DNA from: Chthoniobacteraceae bacterium
GTDB lineage: Bacteria > Verrucomicrobiota > Verrucomicrobiia > Chthoniobacterales > Chthoniobacteraceae
Reading direction: 5' to 3'
Length of the DNA stretch: 64,000 nt
NCBI GenBank assembly: GCA_037190965.1
Contig: JBBCKI010000068.1
Span: 32,001 to 96,000 of the forward strand
Shown here: positions 57,714-64,000 of the stretch, piece after piece
Position numbering within the stretch: position 1 is the first letter of the stretch
Layout of the letters: each line of letters opens with the position of its first letter
The notes under the pieces: generated by a model
Databases searched by the model: none
What the model was told of the DNA's origin: nothing
What the model saw: only the letters and a program-made list of their open reading frames with translations
Position numbers and translations under genes: made by a program

Positions 57714-57874
57714 GGTGCGGCAGCACCGGTAGCACGCTCGCGCCGTGGAGCGCGGGTATCGGCTTTCGTGGCCTCATGAAGTCCGCCATTCCAATACCAG
57801 CAGCTTATCCCGCGGGATGGGCACCAAACGCGACTTTTCATCGATCCCGCGCTCGACGGCGCGAGCGGTCCATC
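57714..57874 (-). repeat. REPIN-like family A, copy 6 (reverse orientation)
   Basis: GGTGCGGCAGCACCGGTAGCACGCTCGCGCCGTGGAGCGCGGG...CCCGCGCTCGACGGCGCGAGCGG. Confidence 0.85.
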
Positions 57875-57901
57875 TCGAGTTCGAGTTGAACGGAGCGGCT
57901 C

Positions 57902-58750
57902 TCAAAAATCGTCCAACGCATTCCGCAACGCGGCGATGCGGCGGTTTCGCTCCGCGCCGGAAATATAATCGGTGCGAATCGACCACCAGACGCGGCTGAT
58001 GCCCGAAGGGGGCTCAAGTCGGCGGCGGAGCTGCGAGAAAATCGGTCCTTCGCGGGAATCTCCGTTGCGGTAATGGCTTAAAAAGTGGGTGACGGCGGCA
58101 AGCCAGTGGGCAAGGCCGCCCGCGCCGGAGTAGCCCGAATATCCCATCATGCTCTGGAAAACCACCAGCAGATCGTCGGCGTGCCGGTCCGCCTCCGACA
58201 TGCCGGGTTGGTGGGCGAGCTCGAAATCGATGAGTCGCGCGCGGCAGGTTTCCTTGTCGAAGACAAAATTGCCGAGGTGCGGATCCCCATGCGACCAGCA
58301 CCCGCCGAGCGTCGCGCAGGGGAGCCCGTGAGCGCGTTTCAACTCCCGCGCCGCCGCTGCCAGCATCTCTTTGCTGAGTCGGCCTTCCCGGGCGGGGTCT
58401 TCCAGGACAATGCCCGGTAGCTGCTCCGCCCATACGGTATTGTCTCCAACCGCGAACGCGCGGAATCCTTCCTCCTCATGCAGCAACCGGAAGGAGTCGA
58501 TCTCCCACCGTTGCCATTCTCCGGGGTTGGCCCAGACGATTACCGGGTTCTCCGCTGCACGAAAAAAAGTGTTCGCAAAAAGAATGACGGCATGGCTCCA
58601 CCTCCGGCGATGCTTCACCCAGAAGATGCGGCCATCCCGGCTTTTGCGTCCCATATGATTGATCCGGATGGCATCGATAATGCCGCCTGTGGCCTGAACA
58701 AAGTTTGCCATGGAGGCCGCCATTGTGGCCGGTGGGTGGAAATCCTGCAA
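57902..58750 (-). CDS. Kinase-like (APH/Kdo-type phosphotransferase fold) hypothetical protein
   Basis: WVK, HGDPHLGN catalytic loop, LIDFE. Confidence 0.6.
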   Translation of the reverse strand: MQDFHPPATMAASMANFVQATGGIIDAIRINHMGRKSRDGRIFWVKHRRRWSHAVILFANTFFRAAENPVIVWANPGEWQRWEIDSFRLLHEEEGFRAFAVGDNTVWAEQLPGIVLEDPAREGRLSKEMLAAAARELKRAHGLPCATLGGCWSHGDPHLGNFVFDKETCRARLIDFELAHQPGMSEADRHADDLLVVFQSMMGYSGYSGAGGLAHWLAAVTHFLSHYRNGDSREGPIFSQLRRRLEPPSGISRVWWSIRTDYISGAERNRRIAALRNALDDF

Positions 58751-59057
58751 GGGGGTCCTTCAATTTACAGACATGGAAGCTGCGGCGGCGCGGTGGCTGT
58801 AAATAACGACGCAATCTCGAACGATGTCAGGGTATCCCCGATGGTTTGAACCGGTAGAAAACGGATTGAAACCCGATTCTCAAGACATTAAAAAAGATTT
58901 TAATGAACTTTGCGTAAATTGTTGGGTTTAAGGCTTTTCGGAAATTCTTTCGTTGAGCTTTGGCGGTGTCTTGGGATAGGTTTTCGCCCTTGGCCGGATT
59001 CAGCCTTTTGCGTTGATCTCCTGCTTCCCCTTCCGATACCGGGCTGAAAATGTTTCC

Positions 59058-60851
59058 ATGAACCTGCCGCATCGTTCGCCATCGACGAAGCCTTCACAGA
59101 TCATCATCCTGGGCATGCACCGTTCCGGGACCTCCCTCGCCGGACAGATGCTCCAGGCTTTGGGGTTTCATATTGGTCCTGAAGATCAAGTCGTGAGCCC
59201 TAAAAAGGACAATCCGCTTGGATATTGGGAGCGCAGGGATGTGACCCGGCTCAACGACAAAGTGTTTGCGGCCCAGGGGGTGACATGGGAACGGGTGGGC
59301 ACATGGGGGCAGGAGAAACTTTCCGCTTCTTTCCTTGGCGAATTCGACGCCCGCGCCCGGGAGATCATTGCGGCTTATCCGGCGGGCAGCCCCTGGTTCA
59401 TTAAAGATCCCCGCATGTGCATCACTCTGCCCTTGTGGGAGAAGCATCTGGAGAATCCCGTCTATCTCTTCGTTTATCGCGACCCGGTGGAGATCTCCCG
59501 CTCGCTCTGGAACCGTAACCAGCACCCTCCAAAACTGGTGATGGCTTTGTGGGAGCGATATCTATCGGACGCGCTCAATGCCACGAAAGGAAAGCGGCGG
59601 CTTCTGTTGCGGTATGCGGATTTGGTCGAGGATCCCAAGGCCGCGGTCTTCAATTTTGTCGCCGGGTTGCGACAGCTCGGCGTGGAGCCTCCCTGTACCC
59701 CCGAGAGCGCTCTTGAAAAGATTGAGGTGGATCGCACGCTTCGCCATCACCAGAGGGACTTTTTGAGGCTGGAAATTCCCTTCACAAAAAGTCAGGAGAC
59801 GCTTAACGCCCGGGTTCGGGACGGCTCGGCTTTTGAGTGGGCCGGGGTGTTCGATGTTTCCGAAGCGAACCGCCGGATCATGCTCAGCCAGGAAACAATC
59901 GAAGCCGGGATCACCCGGGGTTCCGGCGTGACCTCCGCGGGGACAGAAACGTTTGCCCGGCTTTCCGAAGAATCGACCGAGGCGGTTTCGGAGCGGGCGG
60001 GTCGGATGTTGAAGAGCGGGCGCGATGTGTTCACGGAACGGGGCTTGCAGGCGCTGGAAGCGCTGGAATCGATTCACCTGCTCAAAATCCACCTCAAGCG
60101 GGTTCATCCGGGGATCGATTTGGGAAGCGATTATGCGGTCGCCACCTTGTCGAACTGGTGCACTCAGGTTTTGCATTGGAATCCGCTTCAATCCAGTTTC
60201 CGCAAGACACGGCGAAGGCTGCTTGATTATTCGACCCGGCCCCCGGAGACGCTGCTTCAATCCATCCGGAGATCGGAGTTTGCGCACGGGGTGGAATGGG
60301 CAGAAAAATTCGTCGACGCGGGGAGCGCGACGGAATGCCTTCTGGGAGATCTCGTTCTTGGGCGTCTCCCGCTGTTGCCCAAGGTCACGGGCACCACGGG
60401 TGAAGGAGGCGAAGCCGAACTCGCGCTTGAGCTTGAGAGTTACCGAGCCTCCTTGCAGGAAAGCGCAAGACGAGTCAGAGAGGCATTGGGGCCTATCGCC
60501 GCCATGGCGCCTCATCTCGAGCCGTCACGCGGAGAGGCGCCGGAGCCTTTCAATGCCGATTCCGCCGTCATCTCAAAAAACAGGGATGCCGCGGCGCGGC
60601 TCCTCGATTGGGGGCTCCAGCTCTGCCAGCGGGTTCCGTTGAGCGCCACTCGCGGCAAGGCGGTGCGGGAGTTCACCGGTTACCAAAAGGCGGAAGGATC
60701 TCCTGAATTGTGGGATCGGGAACGGCTTCGCGGCATGGCTCCGGCCTTGAAAGCGGGCAAAGAGTGCCTGACGGCGCTTCTGGACGAGTTGGAGCAGGCG
60801 ATCCGGGCGGCGGAGAAGATCGGGGCCGCCTTGAGTATGGGCTGCGCTTGA
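59058..60851 (+). CDS. Sulfotransferase-family protein with unknown helical C-terminal extension
   Basis: PAPS-binding GMHRSGTS, KDPR, YRDPVEISRSL. Confidence 0.8.
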   Translation: MNLPHRSPSTKPSQIIILGMHRSGTSLAGQMLQALGFHIGPEDQVVSPKKDNPLGYWERRDVTRLNDKVFAAQGVTWERVGTWGQEKLSASFLGEFDARAREIIAAYPAGSPWFIKDPRMCITLPLWEKHLENPVYLFVYRDPVEISRSLWNRNQHPPKLVMALWERYLSDALNATKGKRRLLLRYADLVEDPKAAVFNFVAGLRQLGVEPPCTPESALEKIEVDRTLRHHQRDFLRLEIPFTKSQETLNARVRDGSAFEWAGVFDVSEANRRIMLSQETIEAGITRGSGVTSAGTETFARLSEESTEAVSERAGRMLKSGRDVFTERGLQALEALESIHLLKIHLKRVHPGIDLGSDYAVATLSNWCTQVLHWNPLQSSFRKTRRRLLDYSTRPPETLLQSIRRSEFAHGVEWAEKFVDAGSATECLLGDLVLGRLPLLPKVTGTTGEGGEAELALELESYRASLQESARRVREALGPIAAMAPHLEPSRGEAPEPFNADSAVISKNRDAAARLLDWGLQLCQRVPLSATRGKAVREFTGYQKAEGSPELWDRERLRGMAPALKAGKECLTALLDELEQAIRAAEKIGAALSMGCA

Positions 60852-60931
60852 AGTTGCTCGCGACGGTCTTGCGCAACCCGGCTGAAACCCCGGGCTTGCC
60901 AGTAAGCTCGAGGTATGGCACACATGGACTG

Positions 60932-61510
60932 ATGCGTTCCCCCGCAACGATCCTTCTCTCTTTGAGCGCGCTGCTGCTCGGCGCGATCGGGTTCGTTCGT
61001 CCCGCTTCCGCGCAGGAGCAGGATCGCAAGCTGATCGACCGGATCGACCGGCCCAACATGTCCCTGGATTTCGGCGCGCAGCAGAAATCTTTTTTTGGAG
61101 CCAAAAGCTTTCAGGGAGGCGGCAGCGCACGGGTGAAAGAGTTTTACTATGCCGAAAAGTTCAAGGCGAAGGACTTTTTGACGGGCGCGTATGCCGGGCA
61201 GAAAGGGGCCTGGATGGGCGATTTCAAATACAAAACCGGCGATGCCGATACCAAGGGGCGCGGCATGACGCAGAAGATCGTCAAAGAGCACGCCACCAAG
61301 GAGATGCCGGTGAAATCGAGCCGGGACGCCAGCAAGGATTATTCGACGACCGAGACTTACGTCACGCGCATGAGCGATTTCAGGGGGAAGTCCCAGGATA
61401 AAATCGACGCCCAGGGGCCGGAGGCGATGCTCACGATCCAGCCCGACGGCACGTTTACGGAGTTGAAGACGATGGACGACATCCGTAACCTTCTGAATAA
61501 GAACAAATAG
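60932..61510 (+). CDS. Exported hypothetical protein
   Basis: Signal peptide ending ASA-QEQD; C-terminal TMDDIRNLLNKNK. Confidence 0.7.
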   Translation: MRSPATILLSLSALLLGAIGFVRPASAQEQDRKLIDRIDRPNMSLDFGAQQKSFFGAKSFQGGGSARVKEFYYAEKFKAKDFLTGAYAGQKGAWMGDFKYKTGDADTKGRGMTQKIVKEHATKEMPVKSSRDASKDYSTTETYVTRMSDFRGKSQDKIDAQGPEAMLTIQPDGTFTELKTMDDIRNLLNKNK

Positions 61511-61689
61511 CTTGGGTTCAGGGGGGCCGGGTCGATCCGGTGGACTCTCGCTTGACTCCCAATGGGGCTCATTTCATTTTTGAGTGATTCCCTTGCGCAT
61601 TGTTTTTCTGGCCGCTAAAACGGCGATCCGCGTGAAACCGCTTTCCGGAAAACCGGGGGGCTTGGCGCGGTATTATTTTTTATTCCGGC

Positions 61690-62865
61690 ATGACTCCCGA
61701 ACAACAGCTTGAAATCCTGAAACGCGGCGCAGCGCAGATCACCTCCGAAGCCGAACTGCTCGACAAACTCAGACTGGGCCGCCCGCTCAACGTCAAGCTG
61801 GGGGTTGACCCGACCGCTCCCGACATTCACCTCGGCTTCACCGTCGCGCTTCAGAAGCTGCGGCAATTTCAGGACCTCGGTCATACCGCCATCCTCATCA
61901 TTGGCGACTTCACCGCGATGATTGGCGATCCGAGCGGCCGCTCCAAGACGCGCCCCCAGATCACGCACGATCAGGTGATGGAAAACGCCCGAAGCTTTCG
62001 CCAGCAGGCGTTCAAGATTCTCGACCCCGAGCGGACGAAGACCGTCTTCAACGGCGAGTGGCTTGAGATGATGACCTTCGAGGAAGTCATCAAGCTTAAC
62101 AGCCGCGTGACCGTGCAGCAGATGCTCCAGCGCGAAGACTTTCGCAAGCGGATCGAGCGCGAAGAATCGATCCGCCTGCACGAGATCCAGTACCCGATCA
62201 TCCAGGGGTGGGATTCCGTGAAGGTCAAGGCCGACGTCGAGATCGGCGGGACGGACCAGCTTTTCAACATCCTCGTGGGGCGCGATCTTCAGAAGGAAGA
62301 AGGGATGCCTCAGCAGGTCGTCTTCCTCATGCCGCTGCTGGAAGGGCTCGACGGGGTGCAGAAGATGAGCAAGAGCTTGGGCAACTATGTCGGCGTCAGC
62401 GAAGCGCCCGATTCGATGTTCGGCAAGCTGATGAGCATCTCCGACACGCTCATGGAGCGGTACTACCTCCTCCTGCTGGGTGAGGAGATGCCTCAGATCC
62501 ACCCGATGGATGCAAAGAAGCAACTCGCCTTCCGCATCGTCGAGCGTTACCACTCGCGCGAAGCCGCCCAGGCCGCGCTCGACGAGTTCAATACTCGTTT
62601 TTCCAAAAAAGATCTCGCGCAGGCCGATCTCCCCGAGGTGAAACTCGACGCCGAAGCCGCCGCGAACATCGTCTCCGCCGTTGTCGCCGCCTATGCCCAG
62701 GCGTTTAACCTCACCAAATCGCGCGGCGACGCGCGGCGTCTGGTGGAGCAGGGGAGCATCCAGTGGGAAGGCGAGAAGGTCACCGATCCCAAAGCCTCGC
62801 CAACTTTCGCGGCAGGCGGCGTGCTCAAGCTCGATAAAACGCGGGCGGTGCGGGTATTGGCGTAA
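61690..62865 (+). CDS. tyrS: Tyrosine--tRNA ligase
   Basis: KLGVDPTAPDIHLG, GGTDQLFN, KMSKS, S4-like C-terminus. Confidence 0.97.
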   Translation: MTPEQQLEILKRGAAQITSEAELLDKLRLGRPLNVKLGVDPTAPDIHLGFTVALQKLRQFQDLGHTAILIIGDFTAMIGDPSGRSKTRPQITHDQVMENARSFRQQAFKILDPERTKTVFNGEWLEMMTFEEVIKLNSRVTVQQMLQREDFRKRIEREESIRLHEIQYPIIQGWDSVKVKADVEIGGTDQLFNILVGRDLQKEEGMPQQVVFLMPLLEGLDGVQKMSKSLGNYVGVSEAPDSMFGKLMSISDTLMERYYLLLLGEEMPQIHPMDAKKQLAFRIVERYHSREAAQAALDEFNTRFSKKDLAQADLPEVKLDAEAAANIVSAVVAAYAQAFNLTKSRGDARRLVEQGSIQWEGEKVTDPKASPTFAAGGVLKLDKTRAVRVLA

Positions 62866-62883
62866 AGGCGCGAAGAAAATAAG

Positions 62884-62909
62884 GCCCGCCCCGGTTTCCC
62901 AGGGCGGGC
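62884..62909. terminator. Hairpin between convergent tyrS and DUF2961 gene
   Basis: GCCCGCCC...GGGCGGGC stem; U-rich run follows on the minus strand. Confidence 0.55.
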
Positions 62910-62926
62910 TGTCTCAATCTCGGTTT

Positions 62927-64000
62927 TTAAATAACCTCCAGGCTATCTTTGTCCGGGAGGAGCGGGAACGGGGCGTGCGGTTCGCTTTGATACCAATAGG
63001 CCACCGAGGCGATATCGTCTTGCAGCGGCAGGTAGCGACCTTTCCGCCACCCGAGCGCTTGGATCGTGAGGCGAAGATCTTCCTCAAAGCGTACCGGGTC
63101 CATGATGTGCCAGCGATACATGCCGAAACGTGTCTGCGATTGGTAGACGCCATCGGGCCGGATCACTTGAGGAAGACCGGCGTAGGGGGTGGTGAATTCC
63201 TGGTATTGCTTGGTTTCCCGGTTTTCGAAATTGTAGGAGCCGCAAAAATAGTCCTCTGTTCCCGTTCCGCAGATCGTCGGGAATGCCTTGTCTCCGTCCA
63301 TGTAGAATTTGATTTCGCCTTCTCCCCACCAGCCGTTGTTGTTGACGCCCCAAGCCATGTAGGTCCCTGCGTAATGTCCCCAGCCTTGCACCCCGTCAAG
63401 GATGGTATAGACCTCCTTGTAAGGAAGCGGGTTCACCCGTCGAAACTGCGCGTGGAAATAAGCCGCATCCTCCGGCACCTCATCAAGGGCGTAGTTGATT
63501 TGATAGTAGATTGTTGCAGGTTCTTCCGAGAGGTTCTCCAGGGTGATGCGGCATCGTTTCCGGAAGGGCATTGGCCAATAGCAGTTAAAGGCGCTGCCGG
63601 GGTTCACGCAGACTGGCAGTGAGACAATGGGTGCAAATTTTCCCCACCCACAGGCAAAAAAATCACCCACCGGGCATTCGACCGAGGGCGTCTTTTCGTC
63701 GTCCCAGAAAAACCGGAGGATGAGATGCCGCCAGTTGCCGGTGGGCGTTAACCAGATTTGCTGGATTACACCGGGGCCCTCGACATCCATGAGCGTTGTG
63801 GTGGTCCGGGGTTGCACCTTGATCAGTGGGCGAACCTTCCAGCCCTGGCCCAGGTCCCGCGCACAGTCGTAAGGACCGATCCATTCCTGCCCAATACGCG
63901 CGACCTCCTCTTGTGGCTCGACCGTCAGGTCCGCCATGCCGCCTTTGCCTTTTTCACCATAGACGTTTTCCGGCGAGACGGAGCGTGTTTTTGCCCGGCT
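62927..64000 (-). CDS. DUF2961 / GH172-family glycoside hydrolase (5' end beyond window)
   Basis: SPEN..GEKGKGG, GPGVIQQIW, WWGEGE, GTGTEDYF, YRWHIMDP, AYWYQ. Confidence 0.88.
   Translation of the reverse strand, partial: SRAKTRSVSPENVYGEKGKGGMADLTVEPQEEVARIGQEWIGPYDCARDLGQGWKVRPLIKVQPRTTTTLMDVEGPGVIQQIWLTPTGNWRHLILRFFWDDEKTPSVECPVGDFFACGWGKFAPIVSLPVCVNPGSAFNCYWPMPFRKRCRITLENLSEEPATIYYQINYALDEVPEDAAYFHAQFRRVNPLPYKEVYTILDGVQGWGHYAGTYMAWGVNNNGWWGEGEIKFYMDGDKAFPTICGTGTEDYFCGSYNFENRETKQYQEFTTPYAGLPQVIRPDGVYQSQTRFGMYRWHIMDPVRFEEDLRLTIQALGWRKGRYLPLQDDIASVAYWYQSEPHAPFPLLPDKDSLEVI

Noticed and set aside
58751..59057. AT-rich intergenic stretch considered as ncRNA or replication origin
   Set aside because: No DnaA-box cluster, tRNA fold or strong structure seen; explained as a divergent promoter region.
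61511..61689. Possible T-box or other leader RNA before tyrS
   Set aside because: No T-box consensus (AAGGTGGTACCGCG-like) or terminator seen; the leader is short.

Overview
GC-rich bacterial chromosomal window, most consistent with Verrucomicrobiota (inferred from the PEP-CTERM protein, H-X9-DG prepilin and DUF4032-like small protein). It is mostly housekeeping: sbcC end, hscA/hscB-like chaperones, MarR-RND efflux, two PilT ATPases, infA, eda, pyrR-pyrB...pyrC, mrp, glcDF, pyrF, argS, glgA, wza/wzc, apt, a hybrid kinase, a GldAFG-like ABC system, nuoA, ruvA, tyrS and a DUF2961 gene. Main observations: (1) A ~6.0-kb integrase-less cassette (LacI regulator, PEP-CTERM protein, 984-aa putative glycoside hydrolase, H-X9-DG pilin) is bracketed by a direct duplication of the 3' end of the Hsp70/hscA gene (3284-3319 vs 9283-9318). 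It looks like a horizontally inserted, pilin-containing sugar-utilisation module. (2) At least six families of short non-autonomous palindromic elements (REPIN/MITE-like) occur with no transposase in the window. One family has six copies, mostly just after stop codons, and one 183-bp element sits in frame inside a membrane-protein ORF. (3) A PyrR-binding hairpin sequesters the pyrR ribosome-binding site. No tRNA, rRNA or CRISPR array was seen. All family calls come from motif recognition by eye, not database searches.
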